From the UHGV virus genome UHGV-0212008: a stretch of 36,778 nucleotides of DNA. One strand, written 5' to 3'. The notes under the pieces were generated by a model. The model searched no databases. It was given only the letters and a program-made list of their open reading frames with translations, and was not told the DNA's origin. The first letter of the stretch is position 1; each line of letters begins with the position of its first letter. A program made the translations under genes and the position numbers. The DNA is from a virus. This document shows, in pieces, positions 7,169 through 18,000 of the stretch.

Positions 7169-8869
7169 ATGAACCCTAACAACAGGATGTATGTGAGCAA
7201 CGAGGAAATGCTCAGACTTGGAGAGATAATGGAATACACCACTTGGTACAACGGAAACTCGAGCGAGCTTCTTGAGTTCTACACCGAGTCTATGAGTACA
7301 TATTTCACAAGCAACCCAATATATCTCAGAAACAGGATGCAGTATTTCTGGGCAAGATCTGTGAATTCCAAGAAGGCATTCAGAAGAACGCACGACAATC
7401 TCTTTGCTGACATCATAGATGTGCTTACCAATGTCGTCGGCACTCCCACCATCGTTGGCAAGGAGAAGAAGCTTGCCGAGGACTTGGAGGAATCCACAGG
7501 TCTTTTCCATATCGTGAATCAGAAACAAATTCCCTTGACTCTTGCACAAGGCACGGGATGCTTCAAGATTTCATCCAGTCCATACGAGAGTACTCCGAGC
7601 CTTGACTACTACACAGCGGACAGGGTTCGCTATCACGCAAGGGGCGAGCATATCACTGGCATTGATTTCATCGACTATTTCAAGGATGACAAGGGCTTGA
7701 AGTATATGCTTGTGGAGAAGAGATACCTTACCAAGAGCGGAAAGGATGGAGGCGGAGATCTGCATATAGACTTCCATCTGTATCGTTGGGTGAACTGGCA
7801 GGACAGCGGAAACACCGAAGTAGGCTTGGACACTCTCGAGGAGACAAAAGGTTTGAATCCTTCGATTGTGCTTTATGGCATAGGCAAGCTTTTCGCTGTT
7901 CCCACAACAATACTTATGGACAAGCGAGGCGGTCTCTATGGTCGTTCCATCGGCGAAGGAAAGCTTGACCTTCTCGATATGGTCGATGAGGCTTGGAGCA
8001 TAGAAGGTCGTGCGGTGAGACTGTCTACACCTCAGACATACATACCCGAGAGCTTGCTAAGAACCACCGAAGTCCCAGTGGTCGATGGATACGGGAATCG
8101 TGATATAAAAATCGAGCGTGTCGAACCCGATGAGTTCGACAGGGATTTCGTTGTCACGAACGATGATGTGATTCCCAATGGCGATGGGAGACTCCAGAGC
8201 GGTGGGATAATGATAGACCAGCCTCGTATGGATGTAGACCAGTACGACAAGACAAGAAGGCGTGCAATCATAGAAATCCTCAATGGCATAATGTCGGTAG
8301 CCACATTGGGCGTGACATTGAATCCAGGGATGAACGAGCCTATAGAGAGCCGAGAGCGTGAGAAGATAACAACACTTACCAGAAACATCATAGTAGCCAA
8401 GGAGAAGACCATACTCGAGAATGTCCTCACGGACTTGATGGATATGGCTGACTACAAGCGAAACGGATATTTCTTCCTAAGAGCCGAGAAGGACAAGTCT
8501 AGAGTCGAGGTAAGATTCAGCGAGTTCGCAAATCCATCGTTGGAGACCGAACTCAAGGTTCTTGGTTCGGCTTGGAGTTCGGGGCAAATATCCACCGAGC
8601 TTTATGTGGAGAACCTATGGCGTGACAGGTTGACCGATGAGGAGAAGCAAGCCGAGAAGGAGAGACTCGAGCAGGCAAGACACGAGGCATTGCTTGCACC
8701 TGCGGTATACGAGGGAAACAATGTCGAGAACATAGAAGAGGTCTTGAGGAATGGAATTAGCGACAGCACTGCGAAGGACAGCGGAAAGCAAGAGGGCGTT
8801 TCTAAGAAGAGCAAGAACGATGGTGGCGGAGATGTCGGCGATGACATACGCCACAAGGACAAGCAATGA
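7169..8869 (+). CDS. portal protein
   Basis: Size, position at the head of the capsid module, SPP1/A118-like features (VEVRFSEF, ISTELYVENLW...EEKQAEKERL); GGAGGT RBS before ATG 7169. Confidence 0.8.
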   Translation: MNPNNRMYVSNEEMLRLGEIMEYTTWYNGNSSELLEFYTESMSTYFTSNPIYLRNRMQYFWARSVNSKKAFRRTHDNLFADIIDVLTNVVGTPTIVGKEKKLAEDLEESTGLFHIVNQKQIPLTLAQGTGCFKISSSPYESTPSLDYYTADRVRYHARGEHITGIDFIDYFKDDKGLKYMLVEKRYLTKSGKDGGGDLHIDFHLYRWVNWQDSGNTEVGLDTLEETKGLNPSIVLYGIGKLFAVPTTILMDKRGGLYGRSIGEGKLDLLDMVDEAWSIEGRAVRLSTPQTYIPESLLRTTEVPVVDGYGNRDIKIERVEPDEFDRDFVVTNDDVIPNGDGRLQSGGIMIDQPRMDVDQYDKTRRRAIIEILNGIMSVATLGVTLNPGMNEPIESREREKITTLTRNIIVAKEKTILENVLTDLMDMADYKRNGYFFLRAEKDKSRVEVRFSEFANPSLETELKVLGSAWSSGQISTELYVENLWRDRLTDEEKQAEKERLEQARHEALLAPAVYEGNNVENIEEVLRNGISDSTAKDSGKQEGVSKKSKNDGGGDVGDDIRHKDKQ

Positions 8870-9695
8870 CGATCTGATTTCGAGGATACGCTATGAGGCG
8901 TTCCGAGGACTCTACAGTGGCGAGCCTTGGCAGATAGACCTCACGGATGACAAGCCGATAGACAGGAATGTCTATTACGGATTCGAGCGTAAGGGCTATG
9001 GATTCGTTGGGATTTCGGCGACAGGGATGGGCTTGTTCATCCCAAGGCTTGTGGCGACCCTTCCGCATATGTTCGAGAAAATCATAGGCGGTAGGAATCT
9101 CAGCTCTCTGAACGACAGGGAGAGGCTAAGGATAGCCACCGAGTGCTATCAAGGCGGAATGGCTATGGTGTGGGATGCATCACAGCACTACGATGGCGAG
9201 AAGAGGCAGGAGGCGGTGAAGCGTACGCTCGATGATGCAAGATACAGCCACCGATACATATGGCTGTGTTCAACACATGGAGACCCAGCTGTAGGACACA
9301 GGGACTACCAAGGGAAGTACTATGTCGATGAGAACGCACCGAGGGATGTACTCGAGTATGCAAGAATCAAAGGTCTCAAAAGCTATCAGTGGGTAATAGA
9401 CAGTCCAGTGTACATGATTACGAGACCTAACTGCCGACACTATATGACATCTTTGCCGATGGACTATGTGATGAAGACAGACCCGAACACCGCCTTGAGC
9501 GAACTGCATATGCGATACGATGAGGGAAGGCGAGGTTCGTTTCAGACATTGCCACCTAGGACACCGAAGGAGATAAGGCAGGAGGCATACAGGAACAGGC
9601 TGTATTTCCATATGCGTGCATACAAGATGCGACCGAGTGCTGAGCTTGCAGGCTTGATTGAGAAGGACAAGCTTTTGCTTTCGTATAGCCTATAA
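8751..9695 (+). CDS. minor capsid / head morphogenesis protein
   Basis: CSTHGDPAVGHRDYQGKYY and RPNCRH motifs; follows portal; start uncertain. Confidence 0.8.
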   Translation: MELATALRRTAESKRAFLRRARTMVAEMSAMTYATRTSNDDLISRIRYEAFRGLYSGEPWQIDLTDDKPIDRNVYYGFERKGYGFVGISATGMGLFIPRLVATLPHMFEKIIGGRNLSSLNDRERLRIATECYQGGMAMVWDASQHYDGEKRQEAVKRTLDDARYSHRYIWLCSTHGDPAVGHRDYQGKYYVDENAPRDVLEYARIKGLKSYQWVIDSPVYMITRPNCRHYMTSLPMDYVMKTDPNTALSELHMRYDEGRRGSFQTLPPRTPKEIRQEAYRNRLYFHMRAYKMRPSAELAGLIEKDKLLLSYSL

Positions 9696-9753
9696 GGTGT
9701 TTTACAAAAATGTTGTATAATAAAAATCACTAAGAAACGAGGATACAGTTCAA

Positions 9754-10371
9754 ATGTTTATTAAAAACTTAGAAATCAAGAAGGAAGAGCCGACAGCCGA
9801 GGAGAAAGTCGAGACACCGAAGACCGATGAGAATGCCGACAAGGGCGGTTCTGTGGAACAGCAGGATGTCAAGCCCGAGCAAACCGCCGAGAAATCAGCA
9901 GCCGAGGAGAAATCCACACAAGCCGAGAAGACCATAGCCGAAAAGGCAACAGCCGAGAAGACTTTCACACAAGCCGAGCTTGACAGCATAATCCAAAGCC
10001 GATTGGGCAAGGTATATGCCAAGCTTGGTGCGAAGAATGCGGATGAGTTCGAGCAGAAGCTGAACGAGTCCAATTCGAAGCTTGCGGAGACCGAGACCAA
10101 GCTGAAGCAAATCGAGAGGGATACAGCTCTCAAGGACAACCATATCAATCCAGATCGTGTTAAGGATGTCGACATATGGTTCAAGGGAACTGGCACGGAG
10201 TTCAGTGCATCGGCATTGACCGAGGCTGTCAAGACACATCCCGAATGGGTTTCCAAGGTAGTTGTTCCCGAGGTGGGTTCGCATACAAGCGGAACTGCCG
10301 AGGCAGATTCGAGAAGAGACAATGAGAGTAGAATAGCCGAGGCATTGGGATATTCCAAGCTGGTAGGCTAA
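9754..10371 (+). CDS. capsid scaffolding protein
   Basis: Acidic low-complexity N-terminus, KTFTQAELDSIIQSRL motif, coiled coil; precedes major capsid gene. Confidence 0.85.
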   Translation: MFIKNLEIKKEEPTAEEKVETPKTDENADKGGSVEQQDVKPEQTAEKSAAEEKSTQAEKTIAEKATAEKTFTQAELDSIIQSRLGKVYAKLGAKNADEFEQKLNESNSKLAETETKLKQIERDTALKDNHINPDRVKDVDIWFKGTGTEFSASALTEAVKTHPEWVSKVVVPEVGSHTSGTAEADSRRDNESRIAEALGYSKLVG

Positions 10372-10407
10372 GTAGTATGTTCATCTTTAGGGGGATATAG
10401 ATAGATT

Positions 10408-11670
10408 ATGAACATTTCAAATGAGACCATCAAGCTATATCAGAAAGCATTGGACACAGTGTTCGTACACGAATCCAAGACCGATATCTTGAGAGAGTAT
10501 GCGCCTGCTGCATATGCAACAATCGAGCCAGATTTCAACAGAGCAGGAGTCATCAAGTTGCCTAAGGGTTCCTCAGGCGGACTTGCAAACTACAAGGCGG
10601 TAAACCAATCCACACCTGCAGCCGACTATGTACATTACCAGACAACTGGCGGTGATGGATACAAGAGAAACGATGCCAAGCTCGAGTTCGAGGAATTCAA
10701 CCTACAGTGCAACCGTGGTGTCGAGTTCCAAATCGACCGTGTAGAAGGAAAGAAAATCGATGATTTGCTTTTGACCTATGTCGTATCACAGTTCCCTCGT
10801 GAATCAGTCGTACCCGAGGTCGATGCATTCCGTTTCGCATATCTTGCATCCCGTGCCAACTTGTCCTATGGAAACTTGGTCACCGAGACACCTACCGCCG
10901 ATGGCGGAGACCAAGACATCTTCACATTGCTCAGCAATGCCCTTGCCAAGCTCTTCGATATGGGCGTACCCGAGGAGAAACAAGTCATCTTCGTGAATCC
11001 CGAGATTCACAACTTGCTTGTCAATTCCGCCAAGATTACTCGTTATTTGGGAGTCTCCGAAATCGACTATGGTGGACTCAAGGTCAAGATTGAGACATTC
11101 CTTGGAAGACCTTTGATTAAAGTTCCTTCAAGTCGTTTCTTCAACAAGATTACACTTACCGACAACGGGTACGCACCTGCCGATGGAGCAAAGTCCATCA
11201 ACTATATGGTAGTATCCGCCGACACCACATTGATTTTCGACATCTTGGGCAGAATGCATGTCTATGATTCCGACAGTGTACATCTCGGATTCGATGGATG
11301 GGCAGTAGACTACCACCTCTATCACGGAATCTATGTACCCGACAACAAAGTCCCTGGAGTCTTCGTATCATTGGGTACAACCTTGAAGGCATCCTCAGCT
11401 GGCAGATTGTTCGTTGCCACCAAGGCTGGTTCTGCAACTGGAACAACCGCAGTCGAGTCCTTCTTGACCTTGCCTGGAAACTTGCTTGTGACCCAGATCG
11501 GATTCGATACTGCTGACCACAACTATGGTGTCAAGCTTTCTAGCGACAAGATTAAGCCTATCGGCGATGATATTCCTGTGACTGGAAGCACCTTGAGATT
11601 CTTCGGATGCGATTCCAACGGATTGATTATCGCCAAGACCGATGGTGCAGTAGCTGTCAACAAGAAGTAG
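10408..11670 (+). CDS. major capsid protein with probable C-terminal extra domain
   Basis: IKLPK..GLANY, RGVEFQIDRV, VVPEVDAFRFAYLA, YHGIYVPDNK motifs; follows scaffold; strong terminator downstream. Confidence 0.88.
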   Translation: MNISNETIKLYQKALDTVFVHESKTDILREYAPAAYATIEPDFNRAGVIKLPKGSSGGLANYKAVNQSTPAADYVHYQTTGGDGYKRNDAKLEFEEFNLQCNRGVEFQIDRVEGKKIDDLLLTYVVSQFPRESVVPEVDAFRFAYLASRANLSYGNLVTETPTADGGDQDIFTLLSNALAKLFDMGVPEEKQVIFVNPEIHNLLVNSAKITRYLGVSEIDYGGLKVKIETFLGRPLIKVPSSRFFNKITLTDNGYAPADGAKSINYMVVSADTTLIFDILGRMHVYDSDSVHLGFDGWAVDYHLYHGIYVPDNKVPGVFVSLGTTLKASSAGRLFVATKAGSATGTTAVESFLTLPGNLLVTQIGFDTADHNYGVKLSSDKIKPIGDDIPVTGSTLRFFGCDSNGLIIAKTDGAVAVNKK

Positions 11671-11723
11671 TATAATTAGAGCGTTGGATATTCAGTGTCC
11701 TAGTATCCAACTTACCTAATTTG

Positions 11724-11760
11724 TGCCTTGTGTGCAAAAAGCACAAGGCATTTTTATTTT
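11724..11760 (+). terminator. intrinsic terminator after major capsid gene
   Basis: TGCCTTGTG...CACAAGGCA followed by T run; extra hairpin GTTGGATA/TATCCAAC at 11683-11711. Confidence 0.8.
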
Positions 11761-11799
11761 GCAAAAATCTCTTGACTAATTTTATAAAAGTAGTATATT
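11757..11799 (+). promoter_or_regulatory. sigma-A-like promoter with twin boxes
   Basis: TTGACT(11772)-16-TATATT(11794); TTTTGCAAAA at 11757 and TTTTATAAAA at 11780. Confidence 0.7.
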
Positions 11800-11805
11800 A
11801 GTGTG

Positions 11806-11870
11806 CGTGGGGATAAAACCTCAAAATGTGCAAGTCCATACTTTTTGTGGTGAGAAGTATGGATTTTTTT
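11806..11870 (+). ncRNA. putative ~65-nt small RNA
   Basis: ORF-free unit between the promoter at 11772-11799 and terminator AAGTCCATACTT/AAGTATGGATTT plus T run. Confidence 0.5.
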
Positions 11871-11892
11871 ATTTGTTAGTGGTAATATAGAG

Positions 11893-12118
11893 CAGTGAGG
11901 TATCACTCCTTTCTTTTAATACGATTTTCATAAAGTAAACGATAGATATTCTTGCAGAGTCATTTTACTCCTTTAAAGCAGATGGATGCCTTTCTGATAC
12001 CTCCTACACGATATGCCATACTTTTCTTGATAATTGATAAAAGTCTTCTTCCGAGTGGCATATGCATGTAAAAAATCCCTAGTCAAGCCCCTTATAACAA
12101 GAAATAAGGGGCTTTTTT
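11893..12118 (+). ncRNA. putative structured RNA with multiple anti-Shine-Dalgarno segments
   Basis: Stems GAGGTATCA/TGATACCTC and ATATGCCA/TGGCATAT; CTCCTTT tracts in the loop; terminator AAGCCCCTTAT/ATAAGGGGCTT. Confidence 0.55.
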
Positions 12119-12156
12119 GTCTTATAATAATTTCATACATACGGAGGATTAGAAAG

Positions 12157-12729
12157 ATGGCTGAAGACATAAAAACATTTGGCGGAGCTGAGAACGAGAT
12201 AGATGACAGGACAGCATATACAGTCAAGGGAGCTGATGCCACATTCATAAAGAAGACCGACATCAAGACTCCGAACGGAATGGACTTGAACCGACTTCTC
12301 GTATCGCCCGAGGAGTTTCAGCAGTACACTGGCATAAACCTCGTGTTCCGTTTGGTCGAGGAGAATATGGTCGATGGAGACTCTCATGCAGCAGCACAGG
12401 CGTTCATAGAGCGTATCCAGAGAAGACTCAACAACTACATAGACACGCATTTCTCAGGTGGCATAGGGAAGTTCTATTCCAAGCCCTCGGACAACCAGAG
12501 ATACCACTACAAGCTTGCCGTGATAGAGCAAGTACTCTACATATTCAGCAATACTGCGATAACCGAGAGTATGGGCTTGAACGATGATGGATACCCGATA
12601 TTGAGCAAGAACGACATAAGACAGCGTGAGATAGGCATAGAGTGCCAGCGTGAGCTTGAGCTTGCTGGACTGTGGACTAGAAGTCTCAATTCTGGAATGG
12701 GGTTCTATTCGTTCTGGTGGAGGTTCTAG
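12157..12729 (+). CDS. probable head-tail adaptor/connector protein
   Basis: First gene after major capsid; YKLAVIEQVLYI...ELELAGLW resembles SPP1 gp15-like adaptors; GGAGG RBS. Confidence 0.6.
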   Translation: MAEDIKTFGGAENEIDDRTAYTVKGADATFIKKTDIKTPNGMDLNRLLVSPEEFQQYTGINLVFRLVEENMVDGDSHAAAQAFIERIQRRLNNYIDTHFSGGIGKFYSKPSDNQRYHYKLAVIEQVLYIFSNTAITESMGLNDDGYPILSKNDIRQREIGIECQRELELAGLWTRSLNSGMGFYSFWWRF

Positions 12730-12732
12730 CCT

Positions 12733-13101
12733 ATGGATTTGAGACAAAACTACAACTCATACAATGAGCTTTTCGAGGTTCATAAGCAGGACAAGAAAAA
12801 CTCGAGGGGTGCAAGGCTGAAATGGAACAAGGAAGCCGATTCCTATATCAAGGCGAAGATATACAGGAGTGTCGAGTCCGAACCCGATATGGTGGATGGA
12901 ACATTTCAGACAGTGCTTCATACCCTTGTGATAAAGACACCCGACAGAACCGATGTCGAGATAAACGACAAGATGATTCAGTCATCCACTGGGATGACAT
13001 ATATCGTTGTGTCTATTTCCCAAGATTTGGCTAAGAGCAAGTTCAAGGGAAGATATGACAAGTTGAGGACTTGCGACACATACATAACGCTTAGAGGCTA
13101 A
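12733..13101 (+). CDS. probable head closure (stopper) protein
   Basis: Size, beta-rich pattern (VEINDKM...YIVVSIS) and synteny. Confidence 0.5.
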   Translation: MDLRQNYNSYNELFEVHKQDKKNSRGARLKWNKEADSYIKAKIYRSVESEPDMVDGTFQTVLHTLVIKTPDRTDVEINDKMIQSSTGMTYIVVSISQDLAKSKFKGRYDKLRTCDTYITLRG

Positions 13102-13106
13102 TCATT

Positions 13107-13706
13107 ATGGCTAAGGAATCTAAGACATACACCGAGGGAAACTTCAGCACAAGCTATGGCGAGAAGTACAAGGGCGGATACCAGGATGTGTCGATAAGCT
13201 ATGGCGATGGTGGGTACACCTCTGGGAAGTTCAAGGTAGACAAGGAAGTACTCGTAAAGAGGCACTATTCGAAGGCTTGGGCTAAGTTCGGATTTCCACC
13301 GCTGAACGAGCTTGCAAGCGAGATAGCCGACACGATGAGGAAGAGATTCACGATGGCACACGACAATTCGTACATAGGGAAGTCGATAGTCGCCAAGGGT
13401 CAGACAATACAGATCTCCGCACCGAAGTATAACATGATTGGATTCCTCAAGGGCGATGAGCTGAAGTTTGACAGCTCGAAGTCCTACGCATCCGAGCTTG
13501 ATGAGATAGGAAGCGTGATAGCGGTGAAGAGGCAGAGACAGCGCAAGAGCAAAGCCACTGGCAAGTACACTGGATATGGCGAGGAGATAGCCTGCAGGGT
13601 ATATGTAGGCAATTGGAAAGGCTATGTGGACAAGTTCATCGTTGATGGTGTTGTAGAGTGGGCTGTGGAACACAAGTTGCATATAGAGAATCTGACAGCC
13701 AGATAG
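13107..13706 (+). CDS. hypothetical virion morphogenesis protein
   Basis: Basic protein in the neck/tail-completion position. Confidence 0.5.
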   Translation: MAKESKTYTEGNFSTSYGEKYKGGYQDVSISYGDGGYTSGKFKVDKEVLVKRHYSKAWAKFGFPPLNELASEIADTMRKRFTMAHDNSYIGKSIVAKGQTIQISAPKYNMIGFLKGDELKFDSSKSYASELDEIGSVIAVKRQRQRKSKATGKYTGYGEEIACRVYVGNWKGYVDKFIVDGVVEWAVEHKLHIENLTAR

Positions 13707-13719
13707 GAGGATTTGGATT

Positions 13720-14508
13720 ATGGCATATGAGAACGAGACAATGGGGCTGATATTCACATGGGTGAAGGATGTGGCTTACAGGATGCATCCAGAGCTTAGT
13801 GTCGAGGTATTCGATGAGCGTGCGTTTGCCGATGCTACAAGCGATGAGGATGACAACAAGATATTCCTATCCGTGCATTTCAAGTCGAGCAACACGGATA
13901 CGAAATCCACAGTGCTTGAGGCATCCATAAGCTTGCTTTCGGAGAAGGATGACTTCACCAAGGCATTGGAAATCATCCGTATGGTAGTCAGCGAGCATAT
14001 GCTCAAGCCTTTGAGCATAGGCGGATATTCCGTGTTCAGCACCCCTTATCTATCAGAGAAGTTCGTAAGTCACGAGGACTCGTACAGAGCCGAGATTTCA
14101 ACCGAGGCATCGTTCGTAATCTCGCCTGGCATAAGCAATCTTGCTGTGAATGCCGATGGCGAGGATTTGTTCGTGTTGCAGTCCTCGGTGGGCTTGGCTG
14201 GAAGCAACGATCCCGTGGTATTGGGTACTACAGGCACATCAAAGTCAAGAATCGCATACTATACGAAGACATTGTCTATGAAGCTCTATGCCGATATGAC
14301 CTCCACATTCGTACGCAAATGTTTCGATGTATGGAACTTTCCGACAAACAATCCTGCTGTCGATGGTGTGTTCAATATGTTAATCGACTATGGCAGTGGC
14401 GTGAAAGCAAGAAAGAAGATGGTGCTTTCCCAATTGGTTCAGCAGTCCTCGATAGGAGCTGTGTCCACTGTCGAGTTGTCGTTCCTGGAGGCTGATGAAG
14501 ATGTCTAG
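13720..14508 (+). CDS. putative tail completion / tail structural protein
   Basis: Synteny; AGGAGG RBS; appears two-domain. Confidence 0.45.
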   Translation: MAYENETMGLIFTWVKDVAYRMHPELSVEVFDERAFADATSDEDDNKIFLSVHFKSSNTDTKSTVLEASISLLSEKDDFTKALEIIRMVVSEHMLKPLSIGGYSVFSTPYLSEKFVSHEDSYRAEISTEASFVISPGISNLAVNADGEDLFVLQSSVGLAGSNDPVVLGTTGTSKSRIAYYTKTLSMKLYADMTSTFVRKCFDVWNFPTNNPAVDGVFNMLIDYGSGVKARKKMVLSQLVQQSSIGAVSTVELSFLEADEDV

Positions 14509-15076
14509 CAAAGAGGTAAGGGTATCCATAACTGGAAAGGTCGTGGAGGTCGAGAAATCGTTCAAGTACACCTCCATAAGCAACAAAATCATCCAGCCCG
14601 AGAAACCAGAAGCCAAGCCATCCGAGCAGGTGGAGAGCATAGAGGCTATGGAGGGAAACGATGGTTCACCTCTTGGGGCGTTGCAGAGACTCGTGGCTAG
14701 CAATGGTTCTGGAAACAACTCCGCAAGCATAGTCAAGAGCTTGGTGGAGGAAGGTGTGAAGGAGTGTGACTACTGGCTTAACCGCACATTGCAGGCTACG
14801 GACAACTACCAAGGGCAGAGAACGATAGCCATAGCCAAGAGCCTTGGTTCTTGGACACAATCCACTGGAATGAAAATCATCAACGGATTTGCCACTGGCG
14901 GTCCTGTCGGTGGCATCATTGCGACAGCGATGGCTGTGGTGGACACTGGCTTGAGCATATACAAGAACTACAACGAGGAGCAGTTCAAGATAGAAGTCCA
15001 GAACACCGAACTCGATATGACTCGTGTGAGAGCTGGATATTCGCTCACGAGTGGCTCTATAGGAGGAGACAAGTAA
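14501..15076 (+). CDS. putative short tape-measure / DNA-pilot-like protein
   Basis: Helical; Gly/Ala-rich hydrophobic segment GGPVGGIIATAMAVVDTGLSIY; precedes the large tail gene. Confidence 0.4.
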   Translation: MSSKEVRVSITGKVVEVEKSFKYTSISNKIIQPEKPEAKPSEQVESIEAMEGNDGSPLGALQRLVASNGSGNNSASIVKSLVEEGVKECDYWLNRTLQATDNYQGQRTIAIAKSLGSWTQSTGMKIINGFATGGPVGGIIATAMAVVDTGLSIYKNYNEEQFKIEVQNTELDMTRVRAGYSLTSGSIGGDK

Positions 15077-18000
15077 ATGAGTGCAATAGACTACAATGTA
15101 ATCAAGATAGCGTTCGAGAAAGCACGATTCGCCAAGTACGAGTGTGTCTTGAATGTCCCGTACAGCGATGAGTACAGCGAGACCTTGGACTCAATGAGCG
15201 TGGTTATAAAGCATATCGATTTCAAGCTTGACATAAACCCCTTCGATGTCGTGTATATCTATCGTGGAGTTGCCATAGGTGGCACTATCCAACATCCTAC
15301 ATACACCGATATAAAGTGGAGGGAGATGCTCGTGGACAGCGTGAGCATGCTCAGAAAACGCTATGGGAACAACACATACTACGAGTACACTCTCAAGCTT
15401 ATGAGCGAGACCAAATGGCTTGAGAAAATCCAGCTTCCAAACAGGAGCTTTACTCACGCACTCGGCGGCGAATTGCGAGATGCGTACGAGACCATAAAGG
15501 ATTTGATGACATATGTCCCCAAGGTGATACGAGACAACAAGGAAACCCCCTTGATAACCATTTCCGAGGCTGTCGAGGGGAGATTCCTAAATCACGGCAT
15601 GAAGGATATGTCCTTGAGCAAACCTACGCTCAGACAGGCACTTACTGCTGTGATGAGCCAGTTCGGATGCATTCCAGTGGTAAACAACAAGCAGTTGGGA
15701 TTCATCGATTTCAACAGATCGCAAGGGAATATCACGGAAGAGCAAATAAAGAATATGGACAGCGAGTCCTATTCGAACTCATCGGACAGCTATGTGAACA
15801 CGCTCATGACCGATGCATCCCAGGTGCTTGGCGATGACAAGTATCTTGTTGTCGAGCGTGGAGTCGGATTCAGAGACAGGGATACTGGCTTGATTAAGCA
15901 ACAGGAGAATCTCAAGTTGCTTACCACATATCCGATATACAAGGTGAAGAACCTCACGATAAATATGAATCTCAGCACATATCCGACCATCATCGTGAAG
16001 GTGTACAACATAGCCGATGCGGACTATTTCATACTGCCTTCCTCGAATCCAGAGGGGGATTTCAATCCAGTCCATATATACGACAATAGTACAAGCGAGT
16101 ATGTTGTAAAGGTCTATTGTGGCGGTCATCAGATGATAGATTTCAGCAATTGGGAGTTCAAGATTCTTGAAGTAATCAATCCATCCACAGATGGTTTTGC
16201 GTGCGAGGGATTCAAGACATCATCCGTAAAGATAGGCATATCGAAGCCTGCCCAAAGTCAATGGGCAGGCGGAACCATGTATACATTCAGCATTCCCAAG
16301 AGCGGAATGGTCAGACCCGATGGCACAGTCGCATATCTCTTCATCGCAAACATAAGCGGTGAGGACAAGCATATCGTGTGGAACACATATGTTGAGGATA
16401 ATGGAAACGATACAGTCATATCTGGAATGTACAAGGAAATGGATATAGGCATCGTGTACAGGAAGGTCAGCGTGGACATAACCAGTCTCGTGAAGACCGC
16501 ACAGGAGAGGAAGCTTCTCTCGTATGACTACACCACCAATGAGTTCAAGAACGGGCAAGGCAACATGGCTGTGTATTCGAAGTACTACTACACCACTGTG
16601 CAGTACAAGCTCGGAAGCAACGAGATAAGCGGATGGAGCGACACATACACGAAAGCTCAAGGGTGGTGGGGTGAGAACAAGACCACCATAGAGAACATAG
16701 TCAATAAGTCATTTTACGAGAATGAATTCCTCGACAAGCGTTATGACAACATCTTCAGCGAGGAGGACATACTTCCGTATCCATCTTGGTTCTATTCGTA
16801 TCAATATGTAGATGGAAATGGCAACAAGCATCCAGTGGCAGTCAAGAGCATATTCAGCAGAGGATGGGTTGATGATATGTTCGGAAGCTACAACTATCCA
16901 TCGAGAATCAGCTTCGACATCTCGTATCAACCACTCAGCGATCTGAACATTGCGACAGTGAAGAGCGGTTTCGACTATCCGTTGGCACAGCTCGACAGCA
17001 GAGACAACGGACTTGTGGATTTTGGCAATTTCAAGAAAGTGGAGCAGGACAAGCTGGACAGACTCGGAAACGGAGTCCATATCCTTTCCAAGCGATATTT
17101 TGCCAAGAATGACACAATAGACCTTGAGAGCGAACTCATACCATTGGGAGCTGTCTATGTGGATACTGGCGAGGTCGTGTTTAAGCGTACCATATCGTTC
17201 AAGAACAACTATATCGACATAGCCTACTATCTATGCAAGGACTATGTGATAGCGAACTACAGCACATCCATAACAACGAAATATCGTGCTTATCAGTATG
17301 TCGACTACTCAAGCTCCACTTTCAGAAACGAGAACAGGATTTCCTATTTCACGATAAGCGAGATGGATAATTCGAAAGTCGATTACAAGGAAAATGATGT
17401 CCTAGGTGTTGTCGAGAAGTATTGGGGCGGTGTCGCTACAATGGGCGACAACAATCTCGATTATCTATGCTCGGGAATGATATTCGCTCCGTTCCTATAC
17501 AACAACAATGTGAGAAGCATGAATATGGGATATAGGAGAGTCAAGAGTACCGCATACTCGAACGACAATCCAATAGTCAGCTATTCCGTGTTTCAGCAAG
17601 CTACGAACCACTATGTGTATGATTATGGGCTTGTGGTAAGCTTCAAGTACTGGGATACTGTCAGCCCTGGAATAATGCTCGAGTCCAATGTTAGAGCCAC
17701 TGGACTTCCACAGCATCCGTATATGTACGATGACAAGTCGAGCATAGTCAAGTATGCGAAAGAGCAGGACATAGGACTCATGGCTGTTCCAAACGACAAC
17801 GGATGGACTTCCCAAGCTGAATCATCGGTTGAGTATGCACAGATATATCCTGCAATCGATGACAATGAGATATGTACTAACAGCTTGATAAACATAGCCT
17901 ATATGAGCTTCGACATTTCGGACATAGTCCAAGACCAGAGCGAGCTTATGGGCTTCACGATGCAAGTCGAATACAGATCGCTCACGAACAATGTCGTTGT

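Noticed and set aside
9886..9978. Functional DNA repeat array (GCCGAGAA units)
   Set aside because: Explained by low-complexity AEK repeats of the scaffold protein
12034..12156. N-terminal extension of the adaptor gene from TTG 12034
   Set aside because: It crosses a terminator and promoter; the GGAGG RBS supports ATG 12157
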